From NCBI GenBank assembly GCA_951406725.2, contig OX597814.1, forward strand, positions 30,318,001 through 30,382,000: 64,000 bases of DNA, read 5' to 3'. Of the stretch, positions 52,880 through 64,000 are shown piece by piece; within the stretch, counting starts at the first letter, position 1; every line of letters begins with the position of its first letter. The DNA is from Octopus vulgaris. Its lineage: Eukaryota. A model generated the notes under the pieces. That model was not told the DNA's origin and made no database searches. It saw only the letters and a program-made list of their open reading frames with translations. The position numbers were made by a program, and so were the translations under genes.

Positions 52880-54688
52880 TATTATTATTATTATTATTGA
52901 GTGAGAGAGCAGTGCATACCATCAAAGTGACACGGGTAAAATATACGAAGCCCAGTATAACCATCATGACTACCCGTCTTATAAGGGTACACCAGGTACA
53001 TGCATCACAAATATATGTGCGCGACATGGGGATCTGATATCAAGATAAAGAGCACATGATCTTGCAGGTGGGGCCCAGTTAGAATTTTCTTCTGGTCGAG
53101 TAACCTCTGCTTAATTGACCATCCCTTAGTGTAAGTTATCTGCATTTATTCTATCCAGTATTCTGTCATTTGTTCTGCACTTAGTGGCCAATACAAATGC
53201 TATGTCACACAATTTCTGACATTGTATGTTGATGTTACTTGTTTGGCTCATAGTATTTCTTTGTTGCCAAATTGAAGAGTTTTGTTTGTTTGTTTGTTTT
53301 GCTATTAATACAGAGTACTTGATTTTTTTTTAGTAAAGTAAAACAAAATATCCTTTTCATGTAAATATTTAAAAAAAACAAACACCTTTTTCTTTCAAAT
53401 TCTTTCATATGTTTAACAGAAAATTGATGGCGTCATCTTAAATTTGCGGTCTAGTTGAACAGAAAATGCGATAAAGGCTTTTTGTGGAGTCAATTACGTT
53501 TAAACCAACATAGTAGACATACGAATATGTCAATTACTTCTTTCTCCGTAAACTGAACAAATGGTGAACAGCCTTAATCAACTTTCGACCCTTATTGGGG
53601 TCTCGTCATTACAGCAGTCCCGAAGAAACAGTAGCCATTCTATTTATAAACACATTATATCTAGTAGCTGCATTTTCTGGAGTTACTAATTGGCATACTA
53701 TAAGTGTTTAAAACTTTATTTCATATTGGTTTCAAATTTTGGCACAAGGCCAGCAATTTCGGCGGAGAAGATAAGTTGATTACATCGACCCTAGTGCTCA
53801 ACTAGAACATGGAATTTGAACTCAGAACGTAATTTGAATACAAAACGTAAAGACGAACGAAATGTCGCAAAGCGTTTTGTCCGGCATGCTAACGATTCTT
53901 ATTTCTTTATTGCCCACAAGGGGCTAAACATAGAGGGGACAAACAAGGACAGACAAAGGGATTAAGTCGATTACATCGATCCCAGTGCGTAACTGGTACT
54001 TAATTTATCGACCCCGAAAGGATGAAAGGCAAAGTCGACCTTGTTTGTCCCCTCTGTGTTTAGCCCCTTGTGGGTAATAAAGAAATAGATATATAACAAT
54101 TGGCCGCTCCCTACTGTATTCGTGCATCTGATTGGTCAAGCCAATAACAAAATGTTTGGCCAAAGCCACCAGATTAAGTTAAAAATTCGTATTCATCTTT
54201 CAATTCCATGTGGGTAAAGCCCACTCCTTTTTATTGTGATGATGGTGAAATCACGCGAAAAAGAAACAAAAATGAAATAAAATAAAATAAAATAAATAAC
54301 AAAAGTAAAATGTTGTTTTGATTTAAGGTTGATTGATTTGACTTTACAATGCTACTAATTTTTGACCTGTGGTCAGAGGTCGAGAAGCTAACTTGACCTT
54401 GGTTGGATTATAAAATGAAATTTAAAGGTAACTAAATAAACAAAAATAGAATATTTTCGATGGCGGGATGGTTAGAAAGATAAATGTATCTGTCTATCTG
54501 TCTGTCTCTCTGTCTGTCTATCTCTCTCTCTCTCCCTCCCTCCCCTCAGTCTATCTAAACACACAAATATATACATAGACGGATATATACATACTTTCGT
54601 ACATGCATACATACACATAAACATAGATACATACATAATACAAATACACACACACACACACACACACACATACACACACACATACACA

Positions 54689-54754
<66 letters not shown>

Positions 54755-54924
54755 AATAGGCAGATAGATGATAGGTAGAAAGAGAGGAAAAGATTGATAG
54801 ATGTGTACATCTTTCTTTCTATCTTTCCTTCCTTCCTTCCTTCTTTCCTTCCTTCTTTCTTTCTTTCTTTCTTTCTTTCTTTCCTTCCTTCCTTCCTTCC
54901 TCTCTTCCTTCCTCCTTCCTTCCT

Positions 54925-54955
<31 letters not shown>

Positions 54956-55654
54956 CTCTCGCTCTCCTTCTCTCTCTCTCTCTGTCTATCTACATGTATG
55001 TATGTATGTATGCATGTATGGATGGATGGATGGATGTATGTATGTATGTATGTATATATGTGAATGTATGTAAACAGACCGTTTGTGAATTTCATCGAAT
55101 CCTTAATTACGTTTCCCTTTATTAATTTCATTACGACTGACATAAATATGTATAATTATATTGCTGACAATCCTTTTACGAAGTAATCCGGTTATGTCAA
55201 ACATTTACTTTCTCTACTATTACAAATAACTTTCTCACAATCTCTGATGTTGTCGTCGTTATTAAACCCCAGGCAAACTTTGAACAAAGAGACCTATGAT
55301 CAAAAGCATTCCAATCGTGTCCATCCCGTGTTTTCTTTCTTTCTTTTTTGTGTTTATCTAGAATACTTAGTATTATCTGTTGAGTACTTCCTGTTTTTAA
55401 GACATATCAGGTTACCATGACATTTGGCCATCCCTGGTGATGTCTTGGTGATATATATCACCATGATATATACCTATTTCTTTATTACCCACAAGGGGCT
55501 AAACACAGAGGGGACAAACAAGGACAGACATAGGTATTAAGTCGATTACATCGACCCCAGTGCGTAACTGGTACTTAATTTATCGACCCCGAAAGGATGA
55601 AAGGCAAAGTCGACCTCGGCGGAATTTGAACTCAGAACGTAGCGGCAAAACCAA

Positions 55655-56040
55655 TGATACGTGGCTGTTTGGTAAGAAGCTTGCTTCCCAATCACGTGGT
55701 TCCGGATTCTGTCCCACTACGGTACACCTTGGGCTGGTGTCTTCTACTATAACCTCGGGCTGACCAATTCCTTGTGAGTGGATTTGGTTGACGGAAACTA
55801 AAAGTAGCCCATCGTATGTGTGTGTGTGTGTGTGTGTGCGCGCGTCTGTTTTGTCCCCCGCCACCGCTTCAAAACCGGTGCTGGTGTGTTAACGTCCCCG
55901 TAACATAACGGTTCACCAAAAGTACTAGGTTTTAAAAAAATGTCCTGAGGTCGAGTTGTTCGTCTGAAAAAAAAACCCCTTTAAGGCAGTGCCCCAGCAT
56001 GGCCTGATTCAAATGACTGAAACAAGTAAAAGGTAAAAGA
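55655..56040 (+). mobile_element. SINE family A, diverged
   Basis: Head, body and tail recognisable despite substitutions. Confidence 0.8.
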
Positions 56041-56289
56041 TATAAATATGTCTATGTATTTATTTGGAAAATCGTGTGTTGAAACAGATATTGTTTATAT
56101 TTCGGAATAGCCAAACAGAACAGTAGGAGACACGTGGGATGGAGAGATACTGAAGAGGTCACAGGATGTGTGATGAAGCATTTTCAGATAAAGTACAACA
56201 AATAAGAACAATAATAAATCTGAAGTGAGGAACGAATATATAGCGCGTGTATTTGTTTGGCAAAAAAAATGTGATCATCTCAATATAGG

Positions 56290-58460
56290 GAGCAATCAGA
56301 AAGGATCTGTCCTTCATCGACTGGTCTTTCACTCTCAGTTCCACTCACATTGAGACCGCATGGCAACACTTTGAGAACATTGTCACCTATACATGCTCAA
56401 AACACGCTTCTACGAAATCCACTAATACAAACAGAAACCGGCTCCCTAAAAGGAAAAAAAAAAACACTAATCAGGCGCATCAAAAGACTCAACAAAAAAT
56501 CAACCAATTAAAATACTCCCACATACACCATCCACATTCAACAACAATGAAAGGTCTGGAGTTGGAAAAACTTCATCTGCAGACCGACATGAAAACCTCC
56601 ATTGAAAATCAAAGAGCTGCGGAGGAACAGTGGGTAATCAAAAATATCAAACAGAAACCAAAAGTGTTCTACTCTCATGCAAATAAGTATAGAACCGCTG
56701 TCTCAACCATTGGACCATTGATTGATGATAACGCCATTCCCCAACACGATGCTAAAGAAATGGCAGAAATACTGCAGAAACAATACTGCTCTGTCTTTAG
56801 TGATTCCACTGATATTGACGTAAGAGAAGTGAACGAAGTTGATTCCCAACATAAAATCTTGGGCATAACCTTCACTGCCTCAGACATCATAGCAGCAATA
56901 AATAAGGTCAAATACTATTCTACTGTAGGCCCTGATAGAGTCCCCGCTAGTCTCCCGAAGGAATGTAGACACCAACTTGCAGTCCCTCTGACCAACCTCT
57001 GGAGAAATTCTTTAGACTCAGGTTATACACCGAAACAGCTCTTATCCCAGTCTGTCATCCCGGTTTTCAAACAGGGAAACAGATCCCTCGCAGTCAACTA
57101 TCGCCCAGTCTCACTCACCTCCCACGTCATTAAAATGTTTGAAAGAGTGGTAAGATCCAAGATAGCTGATTTCCTGGAGATCCACAAACTCCTAAATGCA
57201 AATCAGCATGGTTTTCGCTGTGGCAGGGACTGTCTAACACAGCTCTTACACCACATTGAAGATATACTTAAATCCTTGGGAACAGGTTCGAACTCTGGTG
57301 TCATATATCTTGACTTCAGTAAAGCATTCAACAGGGTTGACCATAATATCTTACTCATAAAATTGGCAAATGTTGGAATCTGTGGAAAACTTCTACACTG
57401 GATTAAGTATTTCCTGGCAAAAAGAACACAGAAAGTTGTGGTCGATGGAAGCCCAGGCGACTGTCTTGGGCCCGCTCCTCTTTATAATTTACATAGCTGA
57501 CCTTTCCAGCGTCGTAAATCACTGCAAAGTGAAAATATTTGCTGATGACACTAAGCTCTAGCAAATCATCAATGAAGAAGAAGACCGAACTCAACTCCAG
57601 TCTGATCTATATGCTGTGAGTCAATGTGCAGACAAAAACAAAATGCAACTGAACGAGGAAAAATTTGAGCTTATGCATTTTGGAAGAAAGTCTATACGTA
57701 AACCGCCATACTCTCTTCCTTCAGGGGAACCGCTCACGACATCTGATAATATCAGAGACCTGGGTGTAATTGTTGATAACAATCTCAGTTGGAATGCCCA
57801 TATCAACAATAAGGTCGATATAGCTCGTAGGACGAGCTCCTGGATCTTAAGAACCTTCCGGTCCAGAGAACGAGGCGTCATCATTCCCCTTTTCTCCTCC
57901 TTTGTACGGCCACACCTCGAATACTGTTGCCCCTTGTGGTCTCCCCATACAAAACAAAACATCTCGAAGATTGAATCACTTCAGAGGGGACTCACTATAC
58001 GAATTGAAGGCATGACTGATCTCGATCACTGGGACCGCCTTAAAGCATTGAAACTCTATTCTCTCCAGCACCGCCGCGAGCGTTACATCATTTGTACGAT
58101 GCGGAGAATATACCGCCAGCATTGTCCAAACGACCTGAACATTAGGGGACACATACGTCCCCTGCCCAATTCAGGATCACAACATATAGGTACACTGCGG
58201 CATAATTTCTTTTCCTCAACCGGCCCAGCCCTGTTTAACATTGCCCCAAAACTGATTAAAGAGGAAAAGGATTCCATCACTTTTAAACGGAGTCTGGACA
58301 GATAAATCACCCATACTTGGATACAACTCACTCAACAAGAACTCACTACTTGAATGGACCACAAACAAAACTTGACTTTAAAAGGATTTAGGTAATCCTA
58401 TCAGGTGGTGCTATTAAGTTAGACATGGCCTGGACCAATCTTTGGTCGAAACATATCTAA
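56290..58460 (+). pseudogene. 5'-truncated CR1-group LINE ORF2 with few disablements
   Basis: NYRPVSLTSHVIKMFER, QHGFRCGRDCLTQL, YLDFSKAFNRVDH, FADDTKL, RPHLEYC and LYSLQHRR; frameshift near 57455 and a stop at 57559-57561. Confidence 0.95.
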
Positions 58461-58793
58461 GTTTTTATAAAAATGACATGGTAAAAACGAGCCAACAAGG
58501 AAGTCATTGTGTTGCTGCTTCACCAACCAGAAATAGCGAGTAAATGTCCTTCGATACATACCCTTTTGTCTCCTGAAGAGGACATAGCGTATGATGTGAA
58601 TCTTGATGCGTTGTATCTGAGAAAAAGGAACCCCAACAAAACTGGATGATCATTGAAGGAATATTTTTTATATCATACACGTAGGCGTGGAATTGTGGTT
58701 AAGCATCTTGCTTTCCAACCATATGGTCTTGGGTTCAGTCCCATTGTACGGCACCTTGGGCAAGTGTTTTTTATCATAGCCCTGGCCTATATA

Positions 58794-58829
<36 letters not shown>

Positions 58830-59019
58830 TGTATGTATGTATGTATGTATGTATGTATGTATGTATGTATTTAGAGAGAGAGAGAGAGAGAGAAAGAGAT
58901 AGATAGAGAGATATATGCCCCACTGCGTGGCACCTTGGGATATTGTCTTCTATTATAGCCTCGGGCTATCCAAAACCTTGTGGGTAGAATTGGTAGGGAG
59001 AACCCGAAAGAAGCCTGTC

Positions 59020-59130
<111 letters not shown>

Positions 59131-60765
59131 AGTGTCTTTGCCTCCTGCCACTGCTTGATAACAAGTCTTGGTGTACCTACGTCCCTGTAACGGTTCAGCA
59201 AAAGACACCAACAGAATAAGTACTAGGCTTTAAAAAGGAAAAAAAAAAGTCTTCGGGTCGAAATTTTCAGTTTCCGCCTACTATATCTTCTCACAAGGCT
59301 TTGGTCAGCTCGGATCTATGGTAAAAAATACTCATCCAAGATACCGAGCACTGGGACTGAAACTGAGACCACATAGTTGAGAAGCAAGCTTCTTAACCAT
59401 ATATCCATCCCTGTACCGACATTGTTTTTTAGTATGATGAAGTTTTATTTGATTAATAAGGAAATATGATTTAAGAGTTGAAGTGTGCATGGATTATAAG
59501 CGGTGGGTTCCAGTCGGACCGTCATCTCGGGGGCTTGGAGAGCCAAGGAAGGTGCTTGTGAATAGCTGACGAGCTCATCCCTAAAAAAAAAAAAAAAAAA
59601 ATGAAAAAAAAAATGACAGGTCTTTTGAATTTTAAGTCACCCACACCTTCGAAAGCATTTTTGTTTTGTTTCGTTTAATTTCTTTTAAAGGCTTTTTGAT
59701 GTGTGTGTGTGTGTGTGTGTATGAAAGAGAACGAGACAAAGAAAAAGGAAAGTGGCGGGCAAAAGAATGCTGTGAATGAAGCGAGGTGCAGAAGTCAAGC
59801 TGAGGGTCAATCCACTACAATAAACAGCCAATGAAATTGAAAACGGAACAAACTATTCTATTTTATTTAGATTGACCTTTCCACATTGAAATAGGCGATC
59901 AAGCAAAACATGCTACACCCCTCATCACCCTCTCATTCCCCTACAAGAAAATGGCAGGACTCAAAGGATGAGATGAATGTCATTATTCAGTTTTATTTCA
60001 AGATTGCTTGCCCATAGAGAAAAAAGCCGGTATGTAACCCAGATTCAAGGCTCATTCATTGGAATTTGAACATCAACAACAGGGTATGTATGTATGTATG
60101 TATGTATGTATGTATGTATGTATGTATGTATGTATGTATGTATGTATGTGTATGTATGTATGTATGTATGTATGTGTGTGTGTATATGTGTATGTGTGTG
60201 TATGTATGTATGTATGTATGTATGTATGTATGTATGTATGTATGTATGTATGTGTATGTATGCATGTATGTATGTATGTGTGTATGTATGTATGCATGTA
60301 TGTGCACCTGAACGTTTGTACACACACATACAAAGACATACTCATGTACATACATACATACATACATACGTACATACATACATACATACATACATACATA
60401 CATACATACATAATACAAACATACATTATATATATATGTATGTATAAAAATATATAAAAAAATACAAAATGGGACAAGAACGCAAAACACTCAAATAGAC
60501 GACACAAAAAACGGACGGGTCATTCGAAGCCTCTAATCTTCAGTCAAGAACCGGATCATCCTCGCAATTTCGGCATAAATAAGCAGAGGAGGCCAGTGTA
60601 ATCAATGGGCAGGAGAGGTGCAGCTGAAGTGTACAGAGTAGAAAGTCCAGGTAGCGAATCCGTAAAAGTTCGTTGGGTGATGAGAGGAGACAGGATCGCC
60701 ATGATAGATCGCTAGCCCCTTCACATTCATTTTCTCTCCTTGTTTCTTTCTGCGTTCCTTTCTAT

Positions 60766-61193
60766 TTTTCTCAAATACTTTAACTGAGCAAAAAGAAATT
60801 GATGTCGCTATTGTAGCTAAGAATAGACTACACTGCCAAGAATCGTATGAAGCCCATTGGGGCCACAGCTTGTAAAGGATTGTGATTCATCTCTAATTCA
60901 TTTATCTCTTTATGAAGTACTAAATCCAAGACTAGAGGGCTGTGTCTGTTTATTATAAAGGGCAAAAGTGAGTCAACAGCTCATGGTTAGGTATTCTAAA
61001 CAGACACAGTCTTTTAGTCTTAGATTTAGTAGTTGATAAAGAGATAAGTGAATTAGAAGTGAATTACAACCCTTTACGAGCTATGACCCCAATGGGCTTC
61101 ATGCGATTCTTGGCAGTGTAGTCTATTCTTAGCTACAATAGCGACAACATGAATTTCTTCCATCTTCTTGTTCTTTTAAAGTATATGAGAAAA
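60766..61193. repeat. Imperfect ~190-bp-arm inverted repeat
   Basis: Arms ~60766-60952 / 60997-61193; mismatches are mostly transitions. Confidence 0.9.
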
Positions 61194-61238
61194 ATTATAG
61201 TAGTGTGTCCAACTGGTTAAAATTCTGTTTATTTATTT

Positions 61239-61326
61239 GTGCAGCTGATGATGGCACTGCATTTAAATTGATGTAATAGTTGCATTGTTCAATTAAATGG
61301 AGTTTCTTGAAACGATCGTGCTGCAT
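61239..61326 (+). ncRNA. Type-I hammerhead-like motif with a long stem II; homolog at 12690-12777 (-)
   Basis: GTGCAG-CTGATGA-(57-nt hairpin)-GAAACGATCGT-G-CTGCAT. The paralog has a GUA triplet but a CTGATAA core. Confidence 0.5.
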
Positions 61327-61388
61327 CACTACTTAATATCCTGTTGCATATTTGATTTTATTCACCAGACTTAAAGTGTGTGTTATGT

Positions 61389-61432
<44 letters not shown>

Positions 61433-61461
61433 CAGAGAGAGAGAGAGAAGATGTGTGTTGC

Positions 61462-61509
<48 letters not shown>

Positions 61510-62279
61510 AGTGATAGCGTAATTTTTATATATATTTAGTTTTTCTCACATCTTTTTAGTGAATGAGTGTGTGAGTGATTGACTGAATAAGAGAGAGAGA
61601 GAGAGAGAGAGAGAGGTGTTGTCATGTATGTGTAAAAGGGCTAGGGTCAATCACACGCACATAAACGCAGACGTACACCCATTGTCTCGCACATGCATAA
61701 ATATATATGCATACATGTTTTTTTCTTAAAGATATGCGTGTGAGGAAGAGAGAAAAAGTCAGTCACTGAGTGAAGGTGTGTTCTCATGACAATTTTTTTT
61801 TGCATGTATGTATAAATAGGTAAAATTTACGCTATCACTTTTTACGGAATTTACCGAACGCTGTAAGGTAACAGCTGAGCGGCGCGCACACGCCTTCGAG
61901 TTAAAACGAAAGATTGCCAAAATGGCTAGGCTATTTGCCAAAATTTCTAAAGAATATTTTTCCCCCTTTTTTGATATGATTGCATTAATTAATACAGATG
62001 ACATAAATAAACTAATTACTAGTTAGCGGTGTCGTCGATAATTTTTCCTTACCTCAATGATGCCGGTGACATATTAAAAGTCCCTTATAGAACTATATTC
62101 GTGAAAATGTATAGAGCTATACCACCATCCTCAAAATTGAGAAACAAACACTCATAACTTTTTTCTTTGAAAACTTCATTGCATAAGATTAATACCATGA
62201 AATTCCTCGAATTGAGGTCTATCATTTAAGCTTAATTAAAATATAGTTTGTTTTTAAAATAAAAAAAAAGTTAATTACA

Positions 62280-62690
62280 TAGGAGTAGGAGTGGCTGTGT
62301 GGTAAGTAGCTTGCTAACCAACCACATGGTTCCGGGTTCAGTCCCACTGCGTGGCACCTTGGGCAAGTGTCTTCTACTATAGCCTCGGTCCGACCAAAGC
62401 CTTGTGAGTGGATTTGTTGACGGAAACTGAAAGAAGCCCGTCGTATATATGTATATATATATATGTATGTGTGTGAATATGTTTGTGTCTGTGTTTGTCC
62501 CCCCCCCCCCCCAACATCGCTTGACAACCGATGCTGGTGTGTTTGCGTCCCCGTAACTTAGCGGTTCGGCAGAAGAGACCGATAGAATAAGTACTAGGCT
62601 TACAAAGAATAAGTCCAGGGGTCGATTTGCTCGACTAAAGGCGGTGCTCCAGCATGGCTACAGTAAAAAATGTAAAAGAATAAAAGAGTA
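62280..62690 (+). mobile_element. SINE family A, full length
   Basis: Matches the family consensus. Confidence 0.9.
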
Positions 62691-63170
62691 TACTTAAATC
62701 CAATTTTTTGCCTTGTATTTTTTCTTGATCTTTTACCTCACAACTTTTTTGATACAAATTTTCGTTGCATGGAAGCAAAACTATAAAGTTCTTCATGCTT
62801 TCTTCTATCATTGAAGCTAAGATAAATATATTTTGCTTTTAAAATAAAAAAAAGTTATTTGGATCTAAACTTGATTGGAGGCATTGTTTACTCTCCTATA
62901 ACATTGCAACAAAATTTGATGCAATGTGTCTTCTACAAGATCAAATCTCATTTTTTACATACAAAAATTGACATCTTCAAAGATGTCAACAGCTTTCAAT
63001 TTGCTTAAGAATTGAATCAGCGACAAAGCTCTGAAGATGCTGCGTGCGGGTAAATTGCGGCCCTAAAGAATATTATTCAACTACTACCGATATCAGTTCT
63101 AAAATCTATTTTTCGTCACAGATTTTGACCCGAGAGAGAGAGAAAAAGAGAGAGAGAAAAAGAGAGAGAG

Positions 63171-63252
<82 letters not shown>

Positions 63253-63599
63253 GAAAGAGAGAACAGGTATGATAAAGAGTAAATGTTATTTCGGGTAAAA
63301 TGATAGACAGATACATTCATAAAAACTAGAGTGAAAGCTGGGTGGGGGTTGGGGGGTTGGAGCGGAAGAGATGTAAAAACACATTTTTGCTATTTGTTCA
63401 AACCAATCCTATTTTGTATTTGAAATACATCACGAGACCCCACTTTCGCCCTTTCTGATATCCATCCGTACATACGTATGTATATATGTGTGTGTGTGTG
63501 TGTGTGTACGTACTTACTCTCTCTTATACACACACACACACACACACGTACGCGCGCGCGCACACACACACACACGCGCACACACATTTCGGGTGTTTC

Positions 63600-63850
63600 A
63601 CAGAATGTTTGTCTTCCGCTTTGCTGAGTGGGTGGATTAGCACCACTGCGGGGCCAATCTCTCTGATTACATTTGCCTGTATGCACGCATGCGCGTGCCT
63701 CTCTCGCCGTCCTTTCTCTCGCTCTTTATCTATCTCCCTCTCTTTCTCTCTCTCTCTCTCTCTCCTTGTCTGAGTGAGTGCGTGCCTGTGTACTAGAAAC
63801 CGTGTATAAAACACCTCTCCCCACCGTCAGACAGAAAGGCAGACACCCAC
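63600..63850 (+). promoter_or_regulatory. Candidate Pol II promoter of a gene lying beyond the window
   Basis: CCAAT at 63654-63658, NRF1-like palindrome gcacgcatgcgcgtgc at 63683-63698, TATAAAA at 63805-63811, CpG-rich unique sequence. Confidence 0.3.
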
Positions 63851-63859
63851 CCACCCATT

Positions 63860-63908
<49 letters not shown>

Positions 63909-64000
63909 ACACACACACAGAGTCACACACGTGCACATAAATATTCATTTATTCATACATATATACATTACATACATATATACATTCGTATGTTCATACA

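Noticed and set aside
61819-62048. GG...CC-bounded segment as another Merlin-like MITE
   Set aside because: Terminal repeats are only loosely similar and there is no TSD.

Overview
AT-rich, microsatellite- and transposon-dense eukaryotic DNA. The tRNA-derived SINE families and TTAGGG repeats suggest an octopus (cephalopod) genome; this is my recognition, not a database result. One host gene is supported: a minus-strand, two-exon, ~370-aa TLC (TRAM/LAG1/CLN8)-domain membrane protein (exons 22397-22207 and 1208-287, joined by a ~21-kb phase-2 GT-AG intron). Most of the rest is repeat-derived: four SINE families, decayed CR1-type and R4/Dong-type LINEs, a Penelope-like GIY-YIG fragment, Helitrons, hAT/pogo/mariner remnants, and a GG-terminal, 8-bp-TSD (Merlin-like) MITE family, two of whose three copies carry telomeric repeats. 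Most ORFs in the supplied track are microsatellite or SINE artefacts. The most notable signal is a set of hammerhead-ribozyme motifs in short repeats next to (TA)n tracts. Several copies have the three hammerhead strands in a non-circularly permuted order, with stem sequences that differ between families but still pair. Canonical minimal type-I hammerheads and many fold-back inverted repeats are also present. Repeat boundaries were read by eye and are approximate unless a TSD is given.
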